Shown piece by piece: positions 12,719 through 24,659 of a stretch of DNA of 64,000 bases (the stretch's first letter is position 1; each line of letters opens with the position of its first letter). Under the pieces are notes generated by a model. It was not told the origin of the DNA and did no database searches. It saw only the letters and a list, made by a program, of their open reading frames with translations. Position numbers and translations under genes: made by a program. Location of the stretch: NCBI GenBank assembly GCA_013265495.1, contig MU058584.1, positions 5,276,508 to 5,340,507 of the forward strand. The letters are read 5' to 3'. The DNA comes from Vicugna vicugna (taxonomy: Eukaryota).

Positions 12719-13184
12719 TATCTCTTCTGTGCTCCCTCCCTCACCTTTCCCAGCCCTCAGCCCCAAGAACAATGCAGAACACATCTAGGGAGTAACAATC
12801 CTCCTTTAAATTTTACAACATTCTCTAAGAGGGTCTGCTTCTTGATTTGCCCACTCTAGGTAAAACTTTGACTGTAATTCTCAGAGCTCAACAGATTCAG
12901 AACGCTATTTATAACTCTGATCGGTGTTTTAACTAAGGACTTTATGGAAATAGCATTTGAGGATGGCCAAACTTCTTAGTATCATATTATAATTTATAGA
13001 AAATTAAAGAAAACTCTTGGTCTCTGCTTCAATAATTGCTATACTTTCCTAGCTTAAATGTCCTCATCAATTGATTTCTAAAAATACTTCTCTTTGTTCA
13101 ACTCTACTGAAGGCCAGCCTCCACTTAATAGCCAGGCAGAAATGACTTATCTGACAGCTTTGTCTCCTTCTGGGGCTCTGACTG

Positions 13185-13335
13185 CTCTCTTAATGTCTCT
13201 GTATCTCAGTTGCTCATCTGTAAAATAACCTAATAATAGTATATACCTCATAGGATTATAGTGATGATCAAATGAATTAAACTTGCTTTAAACTTGAATT
13301 TGAAGGGGAAATACGTTTAATAAGTGTTAGCTAAT
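13185..13335 (+). mobile_element. MIR SINE
   Basis: tctctgtatctcagttgctcatctgtaaaat...acctcataggattatagtgatgatcaaatga. Confidence 0.85.
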
Positions 13336-14409
13336 GTTTACTGCTGTTGCTGCCTGCTTGGCCATTCCCTGTTCTATGGTTTTACTATTTCCAACCCAAA
13401 GGCCACAGAGAACAGTGCTCTCACTGTAGTGGATCCCCAGTAAATAACACATAGAATTAATTAACGAATCGGTAGATGTAACATGAATCCTGTCCTCAGG
13501 AAGTTCACAGTCTGTAGGAGAAGCAGACACATATACAACCCACTACAACAAGAGTCAATCCATAGACGAACATACAATCGTATATAATGCTGGGGGTGGT
13601 GGTGATTAATTCTTCCTGGAAAGAATAAGGAAAATAATACTAGGAATATTTGGCAGTGAGATCAGACCTAAGATCTGTATTATCTGACTTCCCAGTGGGA
13701 TATCTCACCTGGCGGACCGTGTTTGCTCAACCTCTATTCAGAAAAGATGATGAATGCCATGTAGGGAAAGGGACACAAAGGATTCATTCATTCCCTAATG
13801 ATGGGACCATAACCTCAAACCTGAAGATTCAACATAGCAATTTTTCCCCCCAAGCCCTGTAACTATACAAACTTACCCCAACCCCTGAGAAGGTGACCGA
13901 TGCCCATCTGTTATTATGATGACCAACTGTTGTGACCAGAGAATGTTTCTAAAGAGTGCCACCTCTCCCAAGGCTACTTACCAAAGTATCTCTTCGGACT
14001 ACAATTTTCACTACCCGCTGATTAAATCCTAACACAAGCCATGGTCCTGTTCCAAATCCAGCCATGTTTAAAGTTCCCTTTTAGTGATACCTCTCAGAGC
14101 TGTCACTCCCCAAGCACCGCATACCCCTTCATATCACTGTTACAAAGAGGAAGTGGGAATGCTCGTGTCTAGGGGTCATGTCAAGGAGGTAGCTGATGAC
14201 TGTGGACACTCTCTGGGTAAATACACAGTGTGTGCCTGAGTGATGGAGCTTTCATACAAGACAGGTTTTCAGGAACTAGGAGGAAGCACCACCTCCAGCT
14301 CACACAGGACAAGATTGTCTATGGTTAGGTCACACTCAAACAGCTGTCAAAAGTACACAGAAGTAACAATTTCAGAAGAGTGAGAAGAGTGGTGAACCCC
14401 AGACATTGG

Positions 14410-14580
14410 TCCATGGAGCAGTCATCAGTGGGCTGTAGGAAACCACCTGGGGAGTGTGGAACAGATACAGATTTCTGGATCCACCACTTACGAAGATTCA
14501 GATTCAGAACACCCAGAAATCAGTACACTTAACAAGACTCCAGAGAGATTCTTCTGCATGGGCATGTTGGGTAGCCACCA
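14410..14580. mobile_element. MER5-type hAT-Charlie DNA transposon
   Basis: cacctggggag...acagatttctggatccacc...agattcagattcag...cttaacaagactccagagagattct. Confidence 0.7.
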
Positions 14581-15309
14581 GACCAGAGACATCTGTGCAC
14601 TACATCAAGGCAGTCATGGCCGAGATGAATCCATCAGCCTCCTTTGGGCTTGACCCTGAGATGGACAGTCTGTAATTTCCCCTGAGCCTCAGCTGCAAGC
14701 AGCACAGCAGGGACCAGGAAAGGGACCCAGTGTGAGTTGATTTGTGGGCATTGTGCCACAACATTTGATTGTTTCAGCCGCATTGCTCCCACAGGCTGGG
14801 AGGTCATGACTAATTTTCTTTGATCTGACATTGATGAGATTTTCACGGCTGCTTTTCACAGAGCTGAGCAAAAGCTGCAAAGGCACAGAGTAAATATGTC
14901 TTATCAGAGGTGTGAATGTAGCAGTTTCTAGGTAGAGTGTCAGGTGTATCCAGAGTTCAAAGAGCTTTTGAAGGTCACACCTTAGAAGAACCTACAATTC
15001 AAATTCCTTCTCCAAATGTCCTTCTGTGTTAAAATTTTTCATCGATCTTCCATCTTATTCACTCCTAGATGCTAACGTAAGGAAGCAAGCAGGCTAAAGA
15101 TGAGGCATAGGTGTGGGGAACTTCTGTATTTGTGGCTCCATAGATACAGAGGGAAGTATGTAGAGTCTCTCCACCTTCCTTCCCAGGCCTGCCTCCTTCC
15201 CTTTGCAGGGCGAGTCCCCTGTAGGGGCCCAAAGCAGTAAGTGCACTGAAGGATGGGAAGGAGGGGAAGCAGTGTAATGGGGGGAAGGGAATGTGAAGAC
15301 AAGAGGGAT

Positions 15310-16270
15310 AGGTTGCAGTTTTAAATATGGTGGCCTTACTCAAAATGTGCCGTTCAGCAAAGACTCCAAAAGATAAGAATGTGAACCTTGCAGATACTAG
15401 AGGAAAAGTGCTCCAAGCAAAATAAACCACAAGTGCAAGAGCCCTGAGATGGCAAACTAGAGGGACTAGGATCCCAAGGGGGCTAGAATGAAGTGAGCAA
15501 GAGAGAGAGGAAGAGAAAATGATGTCTGTGCAGGAACGGAGTGGGCAGGGCGCAGATCATGGAGACCCTCAAAGGGTATGAAGCCTGGTGCTTGTTTGGA
15601 CAGTTTTTCTTTTTTAACGCCTTTATTGTGCTATGATTCCTGGACAGTAAACTACACATATTTCAGGTGTACGATTTGATGAATTTTGATAGATGTATAC
15701 ACCAATGCAACCACCACCACAATCAAGACAGCTAACATTTCCATCACTCCCCAAGAGGTGCAAGTTTCCAGTTCCCAATTTATCCCTTCCCACTCCCCTT
15801 TACCCCCTGGTAACCATAAGTTTGTTCTCTATGTGTTTGAACGGTTTTTAAGCACAGGTTTAACATAATCAATTTATACTTTAAGTAGACACTCAGGCTG
15901 CTGTTTTGAGAATAGATTTAAGGGAAGCAAGGACAGAAGCAAAGAGACCAGATGGGGAAGATGGGGCCACTGAAACAGTCCTAGTGAGAGATGACGGCAG
16001 TGGTGGTGGTGAGAAGTGGTGGACTTCTGTGTATATTTTGACAATGGAGTCAACAAGGTTTCTGACAAATTAGAAGTAAGGTATGAGCAAAAAATAGAAG
16101 TCAAGGATGAATCTTGGTTTGAGAACTACATGCAAGAATTTCTCATTATCTGAGATGAAAAATACAGAGAGGCAGATTTGGGAAGAGATACTAGGAGCTG
16201 AGTTTTATACATGTTAATTTTGAGATGACTATTAGGTATCTAAGTGGAGATGTAGAGTATGCAGACTAAT
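15310..16270 (-). mobile_element. L2 LINE, interrupted by L1 pieces at about 15605-15835
   Basis: agtgcaagagccctgag...gcagatcatggagacc | ggtttttaagcacagg...gagtttta tacatgttaattttgagatgactatt...aagtggagatgt. Confidence 0.85.
15605..15835 (-). mobile_element. L1MA/MB-type 3' end joined to a short piece of younger L1 3'UTR
   Basis: ctttattgtgctatgatt...ggtgtacgatttgatgaattttga...caatcaagacagctaacatttccatcac followed by cccaatttatcccttccc...ggtaaccataagtttgttctctatgt. Confidence 0.85.
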
Positions 16271-16394
16271 ATTGCCTGGTAAGCAAAAGATATTGGCTAT
16301 TATTATGAAGATTTGAAAATTCAAATTATTTCACCCTTTTACTCTATTTCCATACATTGTGGCTACTACCCAAGAAACATCGCTTGAACATATG

Positions 16395-17105
16395 TTCAAT
16401 CCCTACTTCTTCCCCATGGTCACTACATTAGTTCAAGTTCATGACTGCTTAAACAGTTGTCTCCTAGCTAATTTCCATATTTGTCCTTTCCCATCCACTG
16501 TCACTTCTTTCAAGGATTCCAAAACATTGCTCTAATCTTTTCACTGTCTTGCCCATAAGCTTTCAAATATACCCCAGTTCTTAATAGATAAAAGGGAAAA
16601 TGCCTTTGACTAGGCATTCAAAATCCTCCATGACTTGGTAGCAAACTTCCTTGCAAGTAAGCCTGATTTACTTTCCTACATACACCCTAGGATCCAGTTC
16701 AAACTGACCTGTTCTGTGTATCTTTGAACATGCCATGTATTTCCTGCTGTGTGGCATTTGGTCAATGTGTTCTATCAATCCTAGGATCACCTTCCTCATA
16801 CACCTATAAGCCACTTCATTTCCAAGTACCTTGTCATATAAAATCACCTCAAAGCCACAAAGTCTTCTGCATTCTCCCCAATTAGAAGTAAAGTCCTCCT
16901 ATTATAAGGAGATTCAATCATATGTTTTTCATATGTTATCCCATAACATAAACCTTTGTGACACTTAGTATTTTTCCCTTGTATTGCTATTTTTGTACAT
17001 ATATTTACTCCAATGTATCCACAAGGACAGAGATAAGGATTTATTTTTCTTTGTATTACACATATCACAGCGCACTATAAAAAAAGTAAGAATGCCTTTT
17101 GAGTT
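16395..17105 (+). mobile_element. L2 LINE (degraded)
   Basis: cactacattagttcaag...ataaaagggaaaatgcctttgactaggcattcaaaatcctccatga...ctttgaacatgccatg. Confidence 0.7.
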
Positions 17106-17259
17106 AAATTCATTTATTAAATAAATATTCTTAATTAAATGTCATCACCAAATTAAAATACATCAAAATAAATATCAGTATCCTTGATCTTTAGGATAAA
17201 AATCCTTAATCCTAAAACATAATATCAAAACATAAAAACTTGCAAAAAGTTGTTTTAAG

Positions 17260-17545
17260 ACAATATCTCTCTAAATGTGTTCCATGGTAATTGTTAATAA
17301 ATATTATTTTTAAAAATGGAGGGGGAGTTGGACAGATCTTTGATCAAATAAGTTTGGAAAATATTACATACTATAGTCTTTCTTTTAAGAATTCTAAATA
17401 TATGTTAACATTTTAGATATTTGAGAAGTCCTACAGTCAAGAAACATCTTTAAATTTATTTAGTCTAATAATTCCAAGCTTGGTTGGAAATTTATCTTTG
17501 CTGAAAAGCCATGACTGTCTGATGGGATACTAGTCAAAATACAGT
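17260..17545. mobile_element. Non-autonomous hAT-Charlie DNA transposon
   Basis: tcaaataagtttggaaaat...tgagaagtcctacagtcaagaaac...ttccaagctt, internal inverted motifs typical of the group. Confidence 0.65.
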
Positions 17546-17619
17546 AGGGGGATTTTCACTTCTGAGCAAAATAAAGTAACAGAATTTAGTCTACCATCCT
17601 GTAACAACCAAAACACCAG

Positions 17620-17930
17620 TCAATCCTAAAAAGTGTCAGAGAAAAAGAGACATATTACATACAGAGAAAAAGAAGATACGGGTGACAGAAGATTTCTTAA
17701 TGGAAACAATGAAAGCAACTAGACAATGGAGGAATATCTTTAAAGTATTGAAATAAAAACTGTCGACCAAGAATCCTATACTCAGCAAAAATAACTCTCA
17801 AAAACAATAATAAAATAAAGGCTTTGGGAATACACAAAAGCTGAAAGAATTTATCATCAGCAAACTCATCATATAAGATGTATCTCAAGAAGTCTTTTAG
17901 TCAGAATTAAAGTGATTTAAGATGGAAACT
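17620..17930 (+). mobile_element. Ancient L1 ORF1 C-terminal fragment
   Basis: gatttcttaatggaaacaatgaaagcaactagacaatggaggaatatctttaaagtattg...ccaagaatcctatactcagcaaaa (ETMKA.RQW..IFKVL / RILY.AK motifs). Confidence 0.9.
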
Positions 17931-18519
17931 AACACAAGCTCCTAGTTGTTCTCTTCTTTTTAGATTAATTTGCAAACAATTTTACTGGCATAGACCAAAG
18001 GCTGGATCTGAAATTTGAATAATGTTAATTATATGAGACAAGAAGCTAGAAAATAGCAATATCTATGGGCCTATTCAGATGGAAAGTCCATCTTCAAAAC
18101 ACAAGTGCCATTCTGTAGATTCTGTCTTGTGACATCTCTCAACATACACACTAGTCTTCAAGGCCCTTCTCCAGTTTATTTCTGCTGATAAGACTTCCAT
18201 CATTCTCCCTTTCCTTTTTATGATCCATGCTTTCACTACAGGATCCCTCTCTATGTTCTGTAAACCTGCAAAGACTGCGTATGTCACATCTGCCAAGTCA
18301 ACTACCAAAAAGCAGAGAGATATAGGTGTACTTGAGAGGGATTTAGGAAGGATAGGATGGACCGTAGTACAGAAAGAAATATGAGATATGGATTCTATCT
18401 TCGAGCTTACAATTTAGTTCACAGAATCAGATTAGCATTATAATAAGTTTACATAATTAATATTGTGTAAATAGAATCTGATCATATGGTGCTGGCTCTG
18501 CACTGTCTTATTGATAAAT

Positions 18520-19570
18520 ATTTCCACAGTGCCTCCTATCTGTCAGAAATAAAAATCCTACTTTGCCTATATTCCAGTCAAAGGAGAAAGATAATTAACA
18601 AATAGATATACAAAACATATCGTATGATAGATTTGTTACATGTTCTAGAGAAAAAGTTAACCAGGGAAAGAAGAAATATAGTGGCGGCTCAATTTTAAAT
18701 AGAATTGTCAGGACATGAGAATAACAACATCTGCTAGGCAGAGAAGACTAAATGGAAAAAATGGGCCTGGAAAAAATGGAAAAGAAGAAATGATTGGGAC
18801 AGATATTGCAGACCAGACTGGGCCAGGCTGTCAATTGCTTAGAAATGGCAGCAAAAAAAAAAAGTAAGAAGTGAAAAATGACTTTTGAGCAGAAGTACTT
18901 GCAGGCATATCATCATGAAGGATGGGAGATTTGCAGAAGCAGCTCATTTGAGGGGAACACGAAAACATGGCTGAAGTCCACTGAGTTCCAGGTATTGATG
19001 AATCATTTACAGATAAAAGTGCTAACTAAGAAAAAGGAGACATGGCTTGGGGCTCAGTGGAGTTGGTCAGAGCTATAGATAGAGATGCAAGATCCATCAC
19101 AAGAAGGTGACCAATGAAGCCAATAATGAGAAAAGACAATACTTTGCAAAACAGTCATGGATGTTTGTTGCTGGGAAGAGAAAACGCAAAAAATCAAGGA
19201 AAGCATAAAATCTGCCCTTAGCATAGGAAGAAAAAGGAAATAGTACTAAATAGTGCAAATACAAAAGTCAAGAAAGGAGGAATGAGGTCAGAAAGAAGGA
19301 CTAAAACAATGAGCAGTGACAAAAAGCATTTTATAGATAGTTAAAAGGCACATGGGAGTTGGCAACTAGTAATGATGATATTTATTAATTATAATACTAA
19401 CAAGAAGTCATTGGGTTTTGTATTAAAGAATGTTTAGTGATCTCTGAAAGAATGATTTCTGTACATGATAAGGGCAGAGGCCATATATAAGAGTTAGGGA
19501 GGGAAATGTGAATCAATAGAGAAAACTGTTGCAGATTATTTGCTCTATATGTGGAGCAATGATGGGGAAA
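18520..19570 (-). mobile_element. Scattered L2 fragments
   Basis: attttaaatagaattgtcagga; tggggctcagtggagttggtcagagctatagatagagat; tttagtgatctctgaaagaatgatttc. Confidence 0.55.
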
Positions 19571-19689
19571 AGGCCAACTGAGCACAGAGAAAACAAGCAA
19601 CTCCTTTATAATGAGCAGTCATGACTTATCTGTGCATGACAGAATCATAAGATGAAAGAAGTAAGAGGGGAGGGGAGACCTGAAGCTAA

Positions 19690-20370
19690 TCAGCCTTTAG
19701 GTCTACTTTCCAGACTATAGAAAATACAGGATATTGAGCACTTAGTTAAATAACATCAAGAAGAAGCAATCAGAAAAGTTCAAGTGTGGGACATTTTATA
19801 GAACTGACCAGCTTTCCTCAACTCAGTAACATGAGAAAAAGAAATGGGCTGGGAAAATATTCTTGCCTTGATAAAAATGAAGTGACATAGCAATCAAATA
19901 CAACACGTAAGCCCTGTTTGGATCCTAATTTAGACAAACCAATTGTAAAAAGACATTTTGAAACAATGACGGAATTTGCTTTAAAATGCAGTGCAAACAA
20001 AAAGAAGGGGGAAAAAGTGACAAAGTAAGTGAGCAAAATGTTGATAATATTTTCATCTGAGTGAAGGCTATATAAGGGAATTGTTATTCTATATTTTATA
20101 TTTTATTTTTTTGTTTGTTTTTAATTTTGTTCTTGGGTATTCTTTTTTGAGATGAGTGTTTTTATTTATGTATTGAGGAGGAGGTAATTAGGTTTTATTT
20201 ATTTATTTGAAAATTTTTTTCTTTAATGGAGGTACAGGGGATCAAACCCATGACCTCGTGCATGCTAAGCCTGCACTCTCCCACTGAGCTATACCCTCCC
20301 CTGAGGGAATCATTGCTCTATTCTCCCTACTTTTGTATATGCTTGAAAAATGTTTATAATAAAAGTTTAA
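19690..20370 (+). mobile_element. L1MC/L1ME 3' end, interrupted by a SINE
   Basis: gaagcaatcagaaaagttcaagtgtgggacattttata...gccctgtttggatcctaatt...aaaagacattttgaaacaat; resumes with ctattctccctacttttgtatatgcttgaaaaatgtttataataaaa. Confidence 0.85.
20090..20301 (-). mobile_element. tRNA-derived camelid SINE (Vic-1-like)
   Basis: Reverse complement ggggagggtatagctcagtgggagagtgcaggcttagcatgcacgaggtcatgggtttgatcccc plus AT tail; degenerate TSD agggaat..tt..tcta. Confidence 0.92.
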
Positions 20371-22034
20371 ACCAAAAGTATGGGGAGAGATTAAATTACT
20401 AAGGAACACAGTCCCAGAGAAGAAACAGAGAATGACTTTGGGATACAGGAAATGGTTTTATCTTTTAAAACAGGAGAAAATCAACAAGAGATATTTGAAA
20501 AGACTGTGCTGAGGGGCAGAGGAGGGAAGTGAGAGAAAAGAAGGAAGACCTTGTAGGGTGACCTCAAAATTCTCAGCAAAGAAAAGGCAAAGTTATCTCC
20601 CCACAATGGACAAACAGGAAGTTGGGGCTGGGGTTGAGGTGGGAGAGAAGATTTGATGCAGCCATTCATGACACCAGGGAGAACAATTGTGGAAAATAAG
20701 TACCTACTCAAAAAACACCAAAGGTCTGGGAGAAGCTAGATTACGTGGTTTTATAGAAGGCCTGATCAGCAATTCTGAGATCTCACCAAGTACAAGACAC
20801 CCATTTTGTTTCCGGGGATTTCAGCGCCTCGGACAAAGAGGTGAATTCTTTGAGGATTTGGGAACTTGTTAGGATCAGTTAGAAGTCATTTTCTTATTGT
20901 TTGTTCATATATTTGTTTTTATAATGAGGAGTTTTTTTTCATTATCTCTTGCATGAAACCATAGAGATGGTTTTTTCCCTTTCACCCGTGCCCAAGACAG
21001 GTCCTGCCTACGGTACTTTATTAATCTCCAAAGATCACAATCTTCCTCCCAAACCAGCATGTACCATACTAATAAGTACCCAGCCAGGCTGTCATCTAAG
21101 TAGGCCACGTCTCACCAGCACAGTTCCTGGTGGGTGTAACCTCACCAACACATCCAACACATTTTGTCTCCTGCAGCTCTAGTACAATTGATAACAATTT
21201 TCAGTCCTTGGTTCCTGTTCTTGCTTTCTGGTCTCCATTGGTCTCTAAAGTGAAAAATATCTGTCAGAAACTTTCTTAGTATTGTTCCATGAGGGCCAGT
21301 AGGTGCCTCTTTCGCTCTCTATTTCTCCCAGAGTTCTTGGATTCTTTTTTTTGTTCCCCCCCACCCCCGCCAGACTCTACAAAACCCCATGCAGCCCCCT
21401 ACCATAATTCCCTAGAATTCAAAGAGATGGTGCCCCAAATAGTAGAAGTAAATTTCTTCAGAGCTTTGAGTGATTACAGTTGGCTAAGAGGTACTCACCC
21501 TACAGCGGCCTTCACTATTCAGAGAAATTAGCACGCCGGTCTTAGCTATCCTTAGAGAGGACATTGTGGGGAGGGGAGTGGGGAGAGGCGCACAGGCTGA
21601 CTGCTTTCTCCTTGAGGAAGGAAGAGCCTCGAACAGCAAAGAAGTCCTGGCACCAGATGGCTTACGGGCCTGGCACACAGCCAGCCAGGGAAACTGCCAC
21701 TTCGCTGCTTCTGTTCATGGGCTCCAAGGCCCCTGCCTTCATGGAAATTTCCTGCACTTGTGGAAAATCTCCAGGAATGCAGAACTACAAGAGTCCTATC
21801 TGTGCTGGGCCGAAAGATACCTTTCTGGCTGTCTGAAAAGGCAGGATTTGGTAATTAAAGGATGGGCGTCAACTGGATCCCCAGGGAATAATTTAACACA
21901 TAAGAGAGAAAAAATGGCTCTTCACATGATATGGGATCTATAAAAGAGGTTGCATTGAGCCTAGCACATAGCGAGGGTTTAAAACGACTAGTCTTCTTGC
22001 AAACCGAATTTGGTGAATAAAAGTGGACATGCCT

Positions 22035-22175
22035 GGAGCTTCTGGGCTTCTAATGATGTTCTTGACTTAGGTTCTGGTTATACAGGTGGGTTCAGTTTGT
22101 AAAAAATCATTGAGTTGTATATATACGATCTCTACACTTCTTCCTACCTAGGTTATACTTGAATTGAAAGTTATT
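22035..22175 (+). mobile_element. L1ME-type 3' end
   Basis: cttctggg...atgttcttgacttagg...ggttatacaggtgggttcagtttgtaaaaaatcattgagttgta. Confidence 0.8.
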
Positions 22176-22434
22176 AAATTATTTTAATGTTGCTTGTTAC
22201 AAGTGAGTGATTTTTTTCATTAAACTGGAGCCACCTCTACTTGAGTTAAAGCACTTACTTGAAAAATTTTTAATATCTTTTAAAATATTCAGAAATTTGA
22301 AAATCCCTTCCAGTCTATTTCATGGGCTTCTTTACCAAATAGTTGCAAGAGGAAAGGCCAGAAGATATATGATAATAGCACCTTATGTTTATCCTTTATA
22401 ACACATCAGAATTTTAATTATATAAATATTTATA

Positions 22435-22615
22435 AACTTTGTGTGATTATTTGCTTAACATCTGTCTCTCCTGCTGGATTGTATGTGGCAAGAGTCAGGA
22501 GCACTCTCTCCCTTTCATCATTATACTTCTAGCATCTAGCAAGATGCCTCGTCCATAGCAGATGCTCAATAAACATTTGTTGAATGAATGAATGACTAAA
22601 TTAATGAATGAATTT
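22435..22615 (+). mobile_element. L2 3' end
   Basis: tctgtctctcctgctggattgta...catagcagatgctcaataaacatttgttgaatgaatgaatga. Confidence 0.9.
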
Positions 22616-23488
22616 GAAAGTTATTTGGGTAAAAATTTGGATGATACTTTAGATAAACCCTGGATAAGACATAAATCTGTGTCCCTACTGGATAAAGAAA
22701 AAACTGAGAATACAAGGGAAAACGTTTCTTCAGGAGACTCTTAACTTCTTTATTATGTAAATTGTGAAAAAATAAATGTCCTTACTTTATTGTATACAGT
22801 TTTTCATCTTAGTAGCACTTGCTACATTGGCTTTCCTCACTTTAAGCATATTAGTGATTCTTCGCATTTATACATAATAAGCCTTTACGATAAGGTCACA
22901 AAAGACCCAAGGGAAGAATAAATGAAATATAAAAAGTCAAAACCTGACTTTTTAATGATAATTAAAAAAAGAGAGAGAGAGCTCATGCCCAGGAGAGAGA
23001 AAGTGCTTGGTAAGCACAAAACGAAAAGAGGAGAAAGACATTATGTCAAAAGATGCAGAAGCTAAGGAAGATGAAGACGTTTTAATAAGAGTTTAAAAGA
23101 ACTGAGAGAAGGATTAGTCTTTAGCTGCCTGGACATGAATGTGAGGGTAGAGGGCTGAGGGGGGTTCATTTAGAAAGACATGCCCAAGTGCAGATCTGGC
23201 CAAAGGCAAGGATGAGGCAGAGAGAGTCTGCCTCGGGATTGCCTCCTTTTCCATTTCAGGACATCCCGCCAGAATCCTCACCCACCACCGAATGCCCACC
23301 GCGCTCAGGCAGCTGCCTGTCTGCCTTCTCCTACTAACACCTCATCCCTAGGTAATATCTCTTACTCCTGGCCTTTTTCTTCTTTCAGAACATCTGTCAA
23401 AACAGAACAGTCCTATGTCTGTGCCAGGATCCAAGCTCTTTCCTCCTCTTAAAAAATTCTTTCATAATGTTCTTTCAAAAAAATCAAA

Positions 23489-23975
23489 AACTTTATTGAG
23501 ATATAACTCCCATACCATGCAATTCACCCATTTAAACTGTACATTTCAATCGTTTTTACTACATTCACAGAGTTGTATAGTCAGCCACAATCACTTTTCA
23601 TCAGCTCAGAAAAAAACCTGGTTATCCATTAGCAGGCATCCCTATTTCTCCCTGACCCCCAGGCTGAAGCAACCACTAATCTACTTTCTGCCTCTATAGA
23701 TTTGTCTAGTATGAACATTTTATGCGAATGGAATCCTACAGTATGTGGTCTTGTTTGTCTGGCTTTTTTCACTTAGTATAATGCACTCAAGGTTCATCTG
23801 TGTTGTGGCATGTATCAGTACTTCATTCCTTTTTATTGTCAAATAGAATTCCGTGCAATGGATAATGGATCTACCAATTTATTCGTCTGTTCATTAGTTC
23901 ACTTTTATTATTATCCCACTTATTGTTTCCACTTTTACTATTACGAATAACACTGCTATGAATATTTGCACAGTG
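23489..23975 (-). mobile_element. L1MB-type 3' end
   Basis: ctttattgagatataact...caaccactaatctactttctg...ggcttttttcacttag...cttcattcctttttattg...cactgctatgaatatt. Confidence 0.92.
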
Positions 23976-24659
23976 TTCTTTCACAGGATGTTAGAACTAG
24001 AAGGAAATTGAGCGTTCATTTACTCTGATTTCCATTCAACTCACTGGTCACATATCACAGCAAAAGGAGGATGTAGAAAGGATGTGGTAGCATTAAGACC
24101 GAACCCTACTTTCTGCACCAGGGTTGTCAAAAGTTAAGTACACGATTTATCATTTAGTGAATTCAGTCATGTGCCATCACGACTTCAGTTCTAAATAGCT
24201 TCTGTTTTTACCTTCTATTTAAGTCCTCAGTTGAACCTTACTGAAACTGGTGGTTTTCTTCTGGCACTGTTAATGTCTCCAGCAGCAGGCTACTCGCAGG
24301 GTCTTCCTCAGACTCCAGTGCTCTCACTCAAATCCAGCGTCAGGTAAAATGACTTTCTACTCTTAACTACAGGTACTCCTGTACACTCCTTTTGTCAGTC
24401 TGATGTTCTCCATCTTTGTTTCTTTGCATTTCTGTGCAGTTCTGTATTGCATTATACTGCTAAAATGAGAAAACTTTTTTTTCTCCATCTCCTTGGGAAA
24501 TCCAAGATTTCAACTTGGAAAGTCAGTTGCACTTTGAATACGGTGTTACTCTGTACCAGCCCAAGATTTCTTTGTTTTACACTAATCTGTTGGATGGTGT
24601 TAATCGTGTCTCACCTTTTTAGGTTAAAAAAAAAAACTGACTCTTAAAGCTAAATTTTC

